The notes under the pieces were generated by a model, which made no database searches, was not told where the DNA came from, and was given only the letters and a program-made list of their open reading frames with translations. From contig JAGVHI010000003.1 of the NCBI GenBank assembly GCA_020056635.1, positions 28,638-92,637 on the forward strand: 64,000 nt of DNA. The letters are read 5' to 3'. Made by a program: the position numbers and the translations under genes. Positions 36,553 to 46,876 of this stretch are shown in pieces (positions within the stretch are counted from its first letter, which is position 1; each line of letters opens with the position of its first letter). This stretch comes from an archaeon (GTDB taxonomy: Archaea > Micrarchaeota > Micrarchaeia > Anstonellales > Anstonellaceae).

Positions 36553-37527
36553 ATGCGAGTGCTCTCTCTCGGAACTGGAAAAATCGATTACGACCTCCCA
36601 AAGAGGCTTTCTTGTACGTGGGTGAATTTTGAGGAGAGCGAAGGCGGGCCGCTTGCAAAGCTCGGGGTGCCGCAGGAGGTGTATAGGCGCAACTGCGCAA
36701 GGCAGTACCCACGGTACATTGAGTTTGAGAATTTTACCTCAGTCATACTTTTTGAAACCGCAACAGAGAGGAAATCAGGCCTGCACATATATGTGTTTTC
36801 TGACAGGATTGTGACTGTCAATGCACGGCACGTGATGGAGGATTTTCGACAGAACTTTTTTTTGGAGAAGAGGAGGGGCCCGGCTAGCGTGGGTGACTGC
36901 ATGCTTGCGCTCGTCTCATTCATTTTTGCGGCAAACAGCAAGGTGCTCATGAAATATGAGGAGGAAACGAGCAGGATTGAGGAGGCGATTTCAGGCGGCG
37001 GGAGGCTTGACATACACCATATATTCTCGCTTAAGCGCTCGATAAACTCGCTTTCGAAAAGGCTTTGGAGGGGCAGGGAAATCGTGTTTGACATGATGTA
37101 CGACAGGATGAAGTTCCTCGAGCTTTCAAAGGACGAAAAAATAAGGATGGATGAGATTTTCAACTCACTTCTCTTTGACATACACTCCTCGGAGCTGTTG
37201 CGCGAGATACTTACGGATTCGGTTGACGTATACCATACTATACTCTCGAACAGGATAAACGACACGATTAGGAGGCTTACTGTGGTGACAGTGGTGCTCA
37301 CTATAATTGCGACCATTTCCATGGTGCCGAACACGATTGCAACAATATTCGGAATACCGTACTTCCCGCTCAAGGCGGATGATGTGATTTTCCAGGTGTT
37401 CGGGCTGAGCATAATGCCTTGGGAGCTCATATTGCTGTTGATATTCTTCTTCTCCGTGGTTCCGGCAGCCTGGCTGTTTTTGTGGTGGCAGGGATTCAAG
37501 AAGGAAAGCGACCAGGCTCAAAAGTAA
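36553..37527 (+). CDS. CorA-like divalent-cation transporter family protein with an atypical GIP in place of the GMN signature
   Basis: Cytoplasmic ~260-aa domain plus two C-terminal TM helices, with IFGIPYF in the loop position that normally holds YGMNF. Confidence 0.45.
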   Translation: MRVLSLGTGKIDYDLPKRLSCTWVNFEESEGGPLAKLGVPQEVYRRNCARQYPRYIEFENFTSVILFETATERKSGLHIYVFSDRIVTVNARHVMEDFRQNFFLEKRRGPASVGDCMLALVSFIFAANSKVLMKYEEETSRIEEAISGGGRLDIHHIFSLKRSINSLSKRLWRGREIVFDMMYDRMKFLELSKDEKIRMDEIFNSLLFDIHSSELLREILTDSVDVYHTILSNRINDTIRRLTVVTVVLTIIATISMVPNTIATIFGIPYFPLKADDVIFQVFGLSIMPWELILLLIFFFSVVPAAWLFLWWQGFKKESDQAQK

Positions 37528-37546
37528 TTTAACCATTCGAGCGCAA

Positions 37547-38092
37547 ATGGGTGTTGGCGAGCAAATGGAGATAATCAGGATACCTTCCGAGCGGCTAGCC
37601 GTGCTCTTCGGCAAGGCAGGGGACACGCAAAAGCTATTGGAAGGCGCGTGCAAGGTGCTGCTTTCGGTTGACGAGGATGGGGCGGTGCAGATAGAGGGCG
37701 AGCCCGTGGACGAATATTTCTCAAAAGACGTGATAAGGGCGATTGGGAGGGGGTTTGAGCCCAATATTGCCCTGCTCCTGCTAAACGAGGAGTACGCCCT
37801 TAGGATTGTGAACCTTCGCGAGATGGGAAATGAGAACTGGATGCTGCGGCAGAAGGGGCGAGTAATCGGCGAGAAGGGAAGGACCAGGAAGATTATAGAG
37901 GAGATGAGCGAATCGCACATTTCAGTGTATGGGTACACCATTTCCGTGATTGCAAATCTTGGGACCATTGATATTGCGATGGAAGCAGTCTCGATGCTGC
38001 TGCAGGGGCACACGCACCCTGCAGTATATGCATATTTGGAAAAGCAGAAGCGGGAGATGAAGAAGAAGCGGGTGCTTGATTTTGTAGGATAG
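37547..38092 (+). CDS. KH-domain RNA-binding protein (archaeal Dim2/Pno1-like)
   Basis: Two KH-like modules, IPSERLAVLFGKAGDTQKLLE and RQKGRVIGEKGRTRKIIEE. Confidence 0.65.
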   Translation: MGVGEQMEIIRIPSERLAVLFGKAGDTQKLLEGACKVLLSVDEDGAVQIEGEPVDEYFSKDVIRAIGRGFEPNIALLLLNEEYALRIVNLREMGNENWMLRQKGRVIGEKGRTRKIIEEMSESHISVYGYTISVIANLGTIDIAMEAVSMLLQGHTHPAVYAYLEKQKREMKKKRVLDFVG

Positions 38093-38155
38093 CCATCTTT
38101 TACCCCGTATACAAACAAATAAATAGCCTGGAATGGATAATATGACCGAATAGCT

Positions 38156-39148
38156 ATGGCGATTATGCAGGCTGCGGGCAATACCAAAATGCACAACAGG
38201 CTAATTAGGCCTGGCATGCTTCTTATTCCAGCAGCAGTTGCGCTTGGGGTTCTAATGCGTTTTGCGCCAGGGCTTGCCTCGCCTACGCCGCAGGAAGTGT
38301 TTAGCGCATGGAAAAGCGGGCAGCATGGCACAAAAAGCGGACTTGTTTTGCCTGCAATGGAAAATGTGAATCATGCCCAATTGGCGCAGCGCGAAATTAT
38401 GAAACTAAAGCCTATGGTTGAAACACAGGGGGTTATTGCACGTGGCAGGGAAGCAAAACCGTTGCGACCCGGGCAAAGCGCGATTGCAAGGAACAGGAAT
38501 GAGGAGCCATCTCCGCCTTTGCCTTTTGACAGCCTTGTGACCAGTATGCAGGATTATTTGGTTTATTTCCAGCCGGATGTAGTGATACCCATACTCCACA
38601 ACGGAAGTTACGTATATATCCATGCGGAACGGTTTGCGGATGATGCAAATTCGGCAATCAGGTACAGCACGGTTGTGATGCAGCGGGATTCCACAAGCCC
38701 GTCTGAGCAGCTGACGCTGCAGGAGTGCATCCAGGTGCTCGGGAATGTCGGGGGCATACTTGTGATACCGAACCGGAACATGTCTTATGCTGACACGAGC
38801 TTTGCGAATGAGGTGCGAAGGGTAGGGACACTTATTTCGTGGCACGTGCCAGACAATGCAGGGGAGCCGCCGCAGGTTCCAATCAACCCGAACCTCACCC
38901 TTAGTTCGTACCCGAACCCGTTCAACAATTCAACAACTTTCAAATTCGAGCTTGCGCAGGAGGCTGCAGTGAAGCTTACTGTGCATGATTTGCTCGGGAG
39001 AACGGTTGCAAAAATCGTGGATGGCAGGATGGCGCCCGGGGAGCACGAGGTGCCGTGGGACGCACGGGAGTTCGCGACCGGAACTTACATTGCGGTATTG
39101 AATTTAGGCGGGCAGAGGGCGGTCTGGAGAATCAAGCTTGTGAAGTGA
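38156..39148 (+). CDS. Secreted protein with a Por-secretion-system (T9SS-type) C-terminal sorting domain
   Basis: N-terminal signal/TM. The C-terminal ~80 aa (LSSYPNPFNNSTTFKFELAQEAAVKLTVHDLLGRTVAKIVDGRMAPGEHEVPWDAREFATGTYIAVLNLGGQRAVWRIKLVK) matches the TIGR04183 CTD pattern. Confidence 0.55.
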   Translation: MAIMQAAGNTKMHNRLIRPGMLLIPAAVALGVLMRFAPGLASPTPQEVFSAWKSGQHGTKSGLVLPAMENVNHAQLAQREIMKLKPMVETQGVIARGREAKPLRPGQSAIARNRNEEPSPPLPFDSLVTSMQDYLVYFQPDVVIPILHNGSYVYIHAERFADDANSAIRYSTVVMQRDSTSPSEQLTLQECIQVLGNVGGILVIPNRNMSYADTSFANEVRRVGTLISWHVPDNAGEPPQVPINPNLTLSSYPNPFNNSTTFKFELAQEAAVKLTVHDLLGRTVAKIVDGRMAPGEHEVPWDAREFATGTYIAVLNLGGQRAVWRIKLVK

Positions 39149-39160
39149 GGTGGGGTTGGA

Positions 39161-41728
39161 ATGGAAAATAAGGCCTTTGCGGCAATAGCCATGATATCTT
39201 TGCTCGGAATGATTGCTGCGCAGGATGCGGGATTGCAGGCGGGGACAAGCGCGGTTGAAGGCTCATATGCAAAATGGATTGGTAATGTACGCAGTGCCGA
39301 GGCTGTACATGCGTCAGAGAATGAAGTGATGCAAGAGATAGTACGGCAGGAGGCCGCTCCTGCTGTCGGGAGCTGGGAAACGTATTTTGTCGTTGCGATT
39401 GCAAAGGGAAACATAGGCGTATGGATAGAGGGGGGCGGCGATGGAAAGGTTGCGCCTGTTTCGAATCTGGTTGAGCGGCCGGAGCTCACCGAAGAAGAGG
39501 AGCAGGAGCTTTTCAGCCTCATAATAGAGCATGGCGGCGAGCCTGCAGGCAAATTCGAAGCGCTTCCTGCAGTCTATTATGCAAGGTTCAAACGCAGCAG
39601 GGATGCGCAGACGCTTTCGCAAGAGCCCATGGTGCATGGAGTGTACCCGATCCATTCCTATCGGCCGCTCCTTTACCAGAGCAGGGCTGCGGTGGGCGCG
39701 GATTTGGCAAATGCCCAGTTCAATTCAGGGGGAGGGGTGAAAGTCGCAGTAATTGACACCGGAGTTGATTACTCAAACCCGAACTTTCGGGACCCCATGT
39801 ACATAGGAGGGGGAGGCAGGGCGGATGAAGGGGCATACTTCGGCGGTGAGCCTTATGGGGACGTTTGGCAGGATTTCCTTTTCATGAACCCGTGGGAGAG
39901 GGTGCGGGACATTCCGTTTAGGATTCCGGAGGGGTATTCGGAGCCGCTTTTTGCAAACATGATTTTCGTGGACTATTTTTCCTACCCGAATGCAAGCACG
40001 CAGGGAGGGGCGCAAAACATTACAGGCCCTGATTTTGACCTTTACCTGTACCGGCCCAGTGAATATGAGCATAACCTCGACAGCCTTGAGCTGCTTGCGT
40101 CTTCGGAGCGCGGGGGCTGGAGGAATTTCACTGAGGAGATGTATGTGCCGCAAATCGACCCCGGGCAGTACATTCTAAGGATAGAGCGAAAAAGCGATAC
40201 TGCTGGGTATTATAGGAGGTTTGATACTGGCCTAAATTCGATTGTGAACGAGCCAGCCCGCATTTCGGTTGCAATAGGAAGCAAGCCCAGGTTCATCATC
40301 GGGAGTGTGTATGCGAATACCAGCGAAAGGCCGAATGGGGCGATAGAGTCGAATGCTGGCTATCGGCTCGGGAGGTTCTCGTACAGAGGGGTTGAATACA
40401 ACTTCACGCTTAGCGACACAGTGGCAGGGGACGGGCAGTTTTACTATGGTTATGATGCGCTCTCGGCAGATATGAATGGCGATGGGAATTACTCGGATTT
40501 CCAGTTTCGGGTGAACCGGAGCAATTATGTGAATGGGCTGGGGGAGAGTTTCAGGTCTGACAACCTTAGGGGGTTTGAAACTGCGGATGCATACCGCCCC
40601 GGGGGCGTTAACCTGATTGCAAACAGCAGGCTTTTCCCTGCGGAGAATTTCACGCTTGGGATAATACTCTCGTCCGAAATCGACCAGACTTACCAGGGCG
40701 GGAACACTCCGGCAGATTCTGTCCTTTTCAATGGGAACAAGGTGCTTTTCTCCCAAACGCTGCTTGATTTCTCTTACCGCTATCCGCCAACGTTTACGCT
40801 AAAGGAGCCAGCTGACATAAGCGGGCACGGGACGCACGTTGCAGGGATACTTGCATCAGAAGGGAACCTTATGGGAATAGCACCAAAAGTGCGGGTTTAT
40901 AATGCAAAGGTATTCGGCGGGTACGCGCAGGGGCAGGGAAACGACATAGCGCTGCCTGTTTGCTTCCGGCATGTGCAAAACCAGCCAGACAGCAAGATGT
41001 ACTGCCATGGGGTGCCGCTTGCGTTTGAGGATAATGTGATTGCGGCAATGGAGGGCGCGAGGGCGAGCGGCGCAAGGGTGGTGAGCCTGAGCATAGGGAA
41101 CCGGACTGCGAATTGCAGCGATAGCCTGCTTGTAGAGCTCATAGGCAACTTTTCCAACATCTACAATATCATAGTAGTTGCTGCTGCAGGGAACGATGGG
41201 AGCTTGGCAGGCACTATACACACTCCCGGATGCGCGCAGGATGCGATTACAGTAGGGGCAACAGGCAGGGACGGGCAGGTTGCAGGCTATAGCTCAAGGG
41301 GGCCGACAGACTATGGGGCAGTGAAGCCCGATTTGGTCGCGCCAGGGGGGGACCGCGGCCTGATGCAGCCTTATGTGATTGATGGGGTCACTTACGGAAT
41401 CATGAACCCGAACGGGATTGCGGCAACCAAAAGCAGGGAAGGGATGATTTCGCTTGCGTATTTCGCGAACTATAGCAATAGCATGAACCAGCGCATGACA
41501 GGAACAAGCATGTCTGTGCCGCATGTGAGCGGCACGGTTGCGATGATGCTGCACGAGAACCCAAGCCTTACGCCTGCGCAGATAAAGCAGATGCTCATGT
41601 CTGCTGCGACCAATTTGAGCGCCGACCCAAACGCACAGGGGGCAGGGATGCTAAACGCGTATGAGGCGGTGAGGGCGGCGCATGAGATGGGAAGGACTGG
41701 CAATCCAGTTTACGAGGAGCACAGCTGA
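39161..41728 (+). CDS. Secreted subtilisin-like serine protease (peptidase S8) with a large insertion
   Basis: Signal peptide. Catalytic triad motifs VAVIDTGVD (Asp), HGTHVAGILAS (His), GTSMSVPHVSG (Ser). Confidence 0.85.
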   Translation: MENKAFAAIAMISLLGMIAAQDAGLQAGTSAVEGSYAKWIGNVRSAEAVHASENEVMQEIVRQEAAPAVGSWETYFVVAIAKGNIGVWIEGGGDGKVAPVSNLVERPELTEEEEQELFSLIIEHGGEPAGKFEALPAVYYARFKRSRDAQTLSQEPMVHGVYPIHSYRPLLYQSRAAVGADLANAQFNSGGGVKVAVIDTGVDYSNPNFRDPMYIGGGGRADEGAYFGGEPYGDVWQDFLFMNPWERVRDIPFRIPEGYSEPLFANMIFVDYFSYPNASTQGGAQNITGPDFDLYLYRPSEYEHNLDSLELLASSERGGWRNFTEEMYVPQIDPGQYILRIERKSDTAGYYRRFDTGLNSIVNEPARISVAIGSKPRFIIGSVYANTSERPNGAIESNAGYRLGRFSYRGVEYNFTLSDTVAGDGQFYYGYDALSADMNGDGNYSDFQFRVNRSNYVNGLGESFRSDNLRGFETADAYRPGGVNLIANSRLFPAENFTLGIILSSEIDQTYQGGNTPADSVLFNGNKVLFSQTLLDFSYRYPPTFTLKEPADISGHGTHVAGILASEGNLMGIAPKVRVYNAKVFGGYAQGQGNDIALPVCFRHVQNQPDSKMYCHGVPLAFEDNVIAAMEGARASGARVVSLSIGNRTANCSDSLLVELIGNFSNIYNIIVVAAAGNDGSLAGTIHTPGCAQDAITVGATGRDGQVAGYSSRGPTDYGAVKPDLVAPGGDRGLMQPYVIDGVTYGIMNPNGIAATKSREGMISLAYFANYSNSMNQRMTGTSMSVPHVSGTVAMMLHENPSLTPAQIKQMLMSAATNLSADPNAQGAGMLNAYEAVRAAHEMGRTGNPVYEEHS

Positions 41729-41785
41729 AAGCCAAGTGCGGGCACTTCGCAACTGTTAATAAGTTTCGGCAGCGCAAGCAAGAAC

Positions 41786-42028
41786 ATGGAAACGGAAACG
41801 CTTGGGATAATTGGGATGGCGTTCGTCGGGCTTGCAATCGCGTTTGAGACTTACCAGAATTTCAGGGAAAAAAAGAAGCCGGATTTGAGGTTTGCGGCAT
41901 TCTACTTCTTTGGAAGCGCATTCCTTTCCTATTACGCGTATGGGATGGGCGAGTGGATTTTTTTTGCGCTAAACGCGTTCACCGCGCTGCTTGCGCTTGT
42001 GAATGTTTACCAGCATGTGAGGAATTAG
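41786..42028 (+). CDS. Small two-TM membrane protein (hypothetical)
   Basis: 80 aa with two hydrophobic helices. Confidence 0.3.
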   Translation: METETLGIIGMAFVGLAIAFETYQNFREKKKPDLRFAAFYFFGSAFLSYYAYGMGEWIFFALNAFTALLALVNVYQHVRN

Positions 42029-42300
42029 GCAAAAATCCGTTGGCGTGGGGGCGCGCACCATGGCTTGCGAGCGGCAAGGCTTGGGAATGAGCATCAGCCT
42101 GCGAGTGGCACCGCGCCCGTGAAGGCAGGCTCTTGCTTTATATTTTTTCTGCGGATAATTGGTTCGACCAGTCACATGAGGTGGCAAACCCCTCTGAGGG
42201 GCATGCCAGCCGTGTGAGAATTGGCGGGCGTAGCCTCACCAGCAACTGAAATTGCTGGCATGGCCACCTCGTGTGTGAACAGCTTGCAGGGTTGTTTCTT

Positions 42301-43938
42301 ATGGCTAGCGAAACCGACAAAATATTCTCCGAGTTCAAGGAGCACTCAGTTGCGGAGTTTTTCAAGAAGAACAGGCAGATGCTTGGCTTCTCTGGAAAAG
42401 TGCGCTCGCTCACCACCATTGTGCACGAGTATGTGACTAACTCCCTTGATGCGTGCGAGGAGGCAGGGATGCTGCCAGACATAACTGTCGAGATAAAGGA
42501 GCTGGACAAGGAGAAGTATTGGGTGCGGTGCAGCGACAACGGGCCTGGAATACCGCAGAAGCACCTGGGGAAAGCCCTGGGCATGATGCTTGCAGGAACC
42601 AAGTTCCACAGGTACGTGCAGCAGAGGGGGCAGCAGGGGATTGGCGCATCCGGAAACACGATGTTTTCGCAGGTGACTACAGGAAAGCCGGTGAAATTCG
42701 AATCGTATTATGACAAGAAAAAAGTGGCAGGCGAGCTTGCAGTTGATTTCAAGCAGAACCGGCCAGTGATAACGAACGAAACGGTTGAGGAAACGGACGG
42801 GAGCAGGCACGGGTTGGTAGTGGAAGGCGAGTTTGCAGAAGTGAAGTATGACAGGAGCTCGTTCTCGGTGTTTGAATACATAAAGAGGACCGCGCTTGTG
42901 AACCCGCACGCGATGATTGCCCTTGTGGAGCCGACCGGGGAGAGGCTGACGTTCCCGCGCTCAATCGAAACTATCCCACCGCGGCCTAGGCAGATTAGGC
43001 CGCACCCGCTTGGGATTGGCACGAACGATTTGATGGAGTTTGCGCGCGCTGAGCGGGAGAGCAGGAAAACAAGCAGCTTCCTGCAGGCAACTTTTTCGCG
43101 GATGTCCGCTGCGAAAACGGACGAGCTTGCACAAATGTGCCCTGAGGTGGATTTTGAGAAGAGCCCGAAGAACCTCACATGGGATGATTGCGAGAAAATC
43201 ACGAAAGCGATACATTCAGATCAGGTGAAGTGGATTGCGCCAGAAACTGATGCGATTGTGCCAATAGGCCAGCCGCAGATTGAGAAATCTCTCCAGAGCA
43301 TACTTGCGCCCCAGTTCATGGCTGTGACTGAGCGCAAGCCAAAAATATACCGCGGAGGGGTGCCGTTCGTGGTGGAGGCTGCGCTTGCCTGGGGCGGAAA
43401 TGCGGGGAAGAAAGCAGTGTCGGGGTATAACTCGGATATAATGAGGTTTGCGAACAGGGCTCCGCTGCTTTTTGATGCGGGCGGGTGCGCGATTACTGAG
43501 GCGGTAAAGAGCGTTGAATGGAAAAGGTATGGGATAAAGGATTTTGAGAATGAGCAGATTACCGTGCTTGTGAACATGTCATCAGTGCATGTCCCTTATA
43601 CAGGGGCCGGGAAGCAGGCGATTGCGACAGAAGATGAGATTATGGATGAGGTCAAGAACGCGGTTATGGAGGCTGCGAGGGATTTGCAGCGGTATTTGCA
43701 CGGAGTGACCCGGGACAGGGTGCGGGTAGAGAGGAAAAAAGCGATTATGAGGTATGTGACGCAGCTTGCCGCGGATTTGGCAGAGCTGTCTGGCGGCAAG
43801 ATAAAAGCAGAGGAGCTGGAAAAGAAATTGCTGCACCTGATTGAGAACAAGTATTCGAATGCGATTGAGGAAGATGATTCAGGGGATGGGAATATAGAGG
43901 AGGAAATCTCTTCGCAGGAAGAGGAAGTGAACGAATAA
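42301..43938 (+). CDS. top6B: DNA topoisomerase VI subunit B
   Basis: GHKL/Bergerat ATPase N-terminus (EFFKKNRQMLGFSG...TIVHEYVTNSLDA), transducer domain, acidic C-terminal tail. Confidence 0.9.
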   Translation: MASETDKIFSEFKEHSVAEFFKKNRQMLGFSGKVRSLTTIVHEYVTNSLDACEEAGMLPDITVEIKELDKEKYWVRCSDNGPGIPQKHLGKALGMMLAGTKFHRYVQQRGQQGIGASGNTMFSQVTTGKPVKFESYYDKKKVAGELAVDFKQNRPVITNETVEETDGSRHGLVVEGEFAEVKYDRSSFSVFEYIKRTALVNPHAMIALVEPTGERLTFPRSIETIPPRPRQIRPHPLGIGTNDLMEFARAERESRKTSSFLQATFSRMSAAKTDELAQMCPEVDFEKSPKNLTWDDCEKITKAIHSDQVKWIAPETDAIVPIGQPQIEKSLQSILAPQFMAVTERKPKIYRGGVPFVVEAALAWGGNAGKKAVSGYNSDIMRFANRAPLLFDAGGCAITEAVKSVEWKRYGIKDFENEQITVLVNMSSVHVPYTGAGKQAIATEDEIMDEVKNAVMEAARDLQRYLHGVTRDRVRVERKKAIMRYVTQLAADLAELSGGKIKAEELEKKLLHLIENKYSNAIEEDDSGDGNIEEEISSQEEEVNE

Positions 43939-43974
43939 TAATGGCTGGCGGAGAAGGAATGGCGGGCGATAGCG

Positions 43975-45108
43975 ATGGCTGAGGGAAAAAGGGGAAAAGT
44001 TGGTTCAATGGCTGGTGAAGAAAAGGTAGTCAAAAAGCTTGAGGATTTCGGGCTGAGCATGATAAGCGAGGTCCAAAAAGAGATTTCCCCCACTTTCAAG
44101 ACAACTGCCAGGACAAAGAGCAATGTGTTCTTTGACGAGGGGCTAGGCTACATCAGGCTGGGGGACAAGATTGAGGAGCGCACTTTCATCAATGTGGGGC
44201 AGGCGCGAAAGTTCATGCAAACCATTGCGATTGCGAACAAGTGCAAGAAATTCCTCAAAGAGAGGTCGCACACAAGCATAAGGGGCCTTTATTACCAGCT
44301 CAAATTCTCCTTAGGGGATACATTGGATGAGGACATGTTCGCCGAGCAGTCTGAGAGCAACCCATTGGTGGAGGATTTGGAAGTTGCGCTTAATGTGAAG
44401 AGGGAGGACTTGAATTTGAATACGGATAGGAAGGGAGTGGTTGCAGGCGGGCTTGTGCTAAATGACAAGTTCGGCGGGGATGAGACCACGATTGACTGCA
44501 GTAAGCAGGGCAGGTCAGGCTGGATGATTCCCTCGGATGTTGATAACGGGATGGATTTTGTGAACGTTGATGCGGATTACGTGCTTGTAGTGGAAAAGGA
44601 TGCGATGTGGCAGAGGCTGAACGAGGACAAGTTCTGGAAAAAGGAGAATTGCATACTTATTACTCCAAAGGGGCAGTCGTCTAGAGGCTGCAGGCGGCTG
44701 ATTCGGAAACTTGCGGACAGGAAATTGCCTGTTTATTGCTTCACAGACTGCGATGCATGGGGCTGGTACATTTACTGGGCGATTAAAACAGGGAGCATAA
44801 ACCTTGCATACCTTGCGAATGATATTGCGATTCCTGAGGCGAAATTCGTGGGAGTGACAATGAGGGACATAAAGGACTATGAGTTCCTTGGGAAATTGAC
44901 AATCAATGCAAAGGATGTGGACATTAAGCGCGCTGAGGAGATGCTCGCGTATGACTGGATTTCGCGCAATAAGGACTGGGTGGAGGAATTGAAAACGGTG
45001 CTTAAGACAAAGAAGAAGATTGAGCAGGATGCGCTGCAGGGGCCGAGGCTGTCGTTCGTTGGGGACTACCTGCGCGAGAAGATTGCAAAAAAGAAGTTCC
45101 TTTCCTAA
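43975..45108 (+). CDS. top6A: DNA topoisomerase VI subunit A (Spo11-like)
   Basis: Winged-helix 5Y-CAP plus Toprim domain (DADYVLVVEKDAMWQRL, ITPKGQSSRGCRRL). Confidence 0.9.
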   Translation: MAEGKRGKVGSMAGEEKVVKKLEDFGLSMISEVQKEISPTFKTTARTKSNVFFDEGLGYIRLGDKIEERTFINVGQARKFMQTIAIANKCKKFLKERSHTSIRGLYYQLKFSLGDTLDEDMFAEQSESNPLVEDLEVALNVKREDLNLNTDRKGVVAGGLVLNDKFGGDETTIDCSKQGRSGWMIPSDVDNGMDFVNVDADYVLVVEKDAMWQRLNEDKFWKKENCILITPKGQSSRGCRRLIRKLADRKLPVYCFTDCDAWGWYIYWAIKTGSINLAYLANDIAIPEAKFVGVTMRDIKDYEFLGKLTINAKDVDIKRAEEMLAYDWISRNKDWVEELKTVLKTKKKIEQDALQGPRLSFVGDYLREKIAKKKFLS

Positions 45109-45154
45109 AGCCGCTTAGGCTTGCCTTTTTATTCTATGTTGAAGTACTACTTTC

Positions 45155-46453
45155 ATGGAGCTGCATTCATCGCTTGCGCTTGTCTCGTCTGCAAACGAGC
45201 TTCTTGATTCGATTGCGCACTATGATGAGGAGAACCTGCTTAGGCTGCAGGAGATGAGGGGGCTGATGCTCCAGTCCGGCTTTGATGCCCCGTTTGCAGG
45301 AGTGCTTGCAAAAACCGCAACAGAAATGGAGGAGCTCTCCCCTGCCGAAGCCGAGGACTTGAAAAAGCAGGTGGGGAACATACGCTACATTGCAAGCCTG
45401 AAAAAATCCACCCTGAACCGGGTAAGGATTGCAATTGCGGCGCACAGGCTCGCAAAGCACTTGGGCGACAACCACAAGTGCCCGATTTCAGGCGACTTTA
45501 TCCGCAGGCTTGCGGATGCTGGCGATTTTGCCATACTCGCATACCGGGAGATGATGGACACGCTTGAGGGGTACGGGACAGCGGCAACCCAGGCGATTGC
45601 AACAGTGGAATACGAGCATGAGGGGGAGACGAAGACCGCAAGCATGAGGCTCCCTGCGCGAGGAAATGCCGAGCTTGCGGCAAAGGGCGCATTTGGGGAT
45701 GGCGCAAGGATTGTTGCGGTGAAAATCCAGAAAGGCAAGAGCAGCATAATAAAGGGTAAGGGGGCGCGGATTGCGATACTCACGCATTTTGTCACGAGTG
45801 CGGCAGCAGAGGTGCGAAACGAGCTTGATGCAAAGGAGAGGCAGAGCCCCGAGGTCTCAAAATACAATTCGATACTTGCGCAGAACCGTCTGATTAGGGA
45901 TGCGAGGCTGGATTTGGCAGAAGGGTTTGAGAATGTGAAAAAAACGCTTGAGCGCGAAGAGCTGATGGAAAGGAAAAAAGAGGGGGGCTGGAAGCTTACG
46001 CCCGATCTTGAGAAGGAGATAAACAAAAGGCGGAAGTATGCGCACGAGGAGGTTCTTCTTAGGAGCAAGGGCGGGATGTGGGAGTGCTTCTTTGTGAATT
46101 ACATGAAATCAAACGCCGGCATGAGGGAAGCCGAAAAAGGGATCCCTGGGCTTGCTGCAAGGCCTGGACCGGAGCAGCTTGCGCCTTTTGCAAAAGTGGA
46201 TATTGGAATTCCAAATTCAGCTGAGCTGGTGCAGAAGAAAATAGAGGCGGAAGGAAAGGCCGCAGGCATGGATGTCTCTGCTTTCGGGGCAGGTTTTGCA
46301 GTCGCGTTTGGCAAGGCAGCGCCCCAGAGGATTGCAAAATTGCTTGGAATGGCAGAGCAAGAAGTTGAAAAGGCAGGAAGCAGGGTTGCATCCCTTTCCA
46401 AAGGCAGGGGAGGGGAGTTCCTCTCAAAGCTCGGCAAAAAGAAGGTGCGATGA
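45155..46453 (+). CDS. Hypothetical protein
   Basis: 432 aa, helical/coiled-coil composition, no recognisable motif. Confidence 0.4.
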   Translation: MELHSSLALVSSANELLDSIAHYDEENLLRLQEMRGLMLQSGFDAPFAGVLAKTATEMEELSPAEAEDLKKQVGNIRYIASLKKSTLNRVRIAIAAHRLAKHLGDNHKCPISGDFIRRLADAGDFAILAYREMMDTLEGYGTAATQAIATVEYEHEGETKTASMRLPARGNAELAAKGAFGDGARIVAVKIQKGKSSIIKGKGARIAILTHFVTSAAAEVRNELDAKERQSPEVSKYNSILAQNRLIRDARLDLAEGFENVKKTLEREELMERKKEGGWKLTPDLEKEINKRRKYAHEEVLLRSKGGMWECFFVNYMKSNAGMREAEKGIPGLAARPGPEQLAPFAKVDIGIPNSAELVQKKIEAEGKAAGMDVSAFGAGFAVAFGKAAPQRIAKLLGMAEQEVEKAGSRVASLSKGRGGEFLSKLGKKKVR

Positions 46454-46480
46454 CCGGTTTTATGGGGAAGTCGGTGCACA

Positions 46481-46876
46481 TTGGGAGTGAGTGCAATGCT
46501 GGTTGTGAAGGGGAAGCGGGAGGCTATTTTCTCATTGAATGCCCCTCGCGAGACGGATGTGCTCCTGCTTGTGAAGCCATCCCGCGCAGTGTTTGCCCAT
46601 CTTCTTTCGAACACGTCCGTTAGGGTTATCAGATGCCCCCCAGGGGTGTATGCAACAATTCCAAGAAAGGTCATTGAAGCGCTCTCGGATGGCGGGGTTG
46701 AAGTGAAGGAGTTGGCACGGGGCAGGGGGCGCCCAAGAAAGTTGAGCGCCGTTAAGCTTGAGGTTGCGAAGGGGCTTGCGCAAAAAGTCGGGGCAAAAGC
46801 CGCGCTCTTGCGAAGCGGGATTGCAAAAAGCACGTATTACTACAGGCTTAGGCGAGAGAGGATGGGGTTGGTTTGA
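46481..46876 (+). CDS. Hypothetical protein with a C-terminal basic HTH-like segment
   Basis: RGRGRPRKLSAVKLEVAKGLAQKVG...KSTYYYRLRRER. Confidence 0.35.
   Translation: MGVSAMLVVKGKREAIFSLNAPRETDVLLLVKPSRAVFAHLLSNTSVRVIRCPPGVYATIPRKVIEALSDGGVEVKELARGRGRPRKLSAVKLEVAKGLAQKVGAKAALLRSGIAKSTYYYRLRRERMGLV

Noticed and set aside
36588-38331. Long minus-strand ORFs (36588-37499 and 37165-38331) opposite the CorA-like and KH genes
   Set aside because: Antisense to ORFs with recognisable domains. The translations are low-complexity and motif-free.
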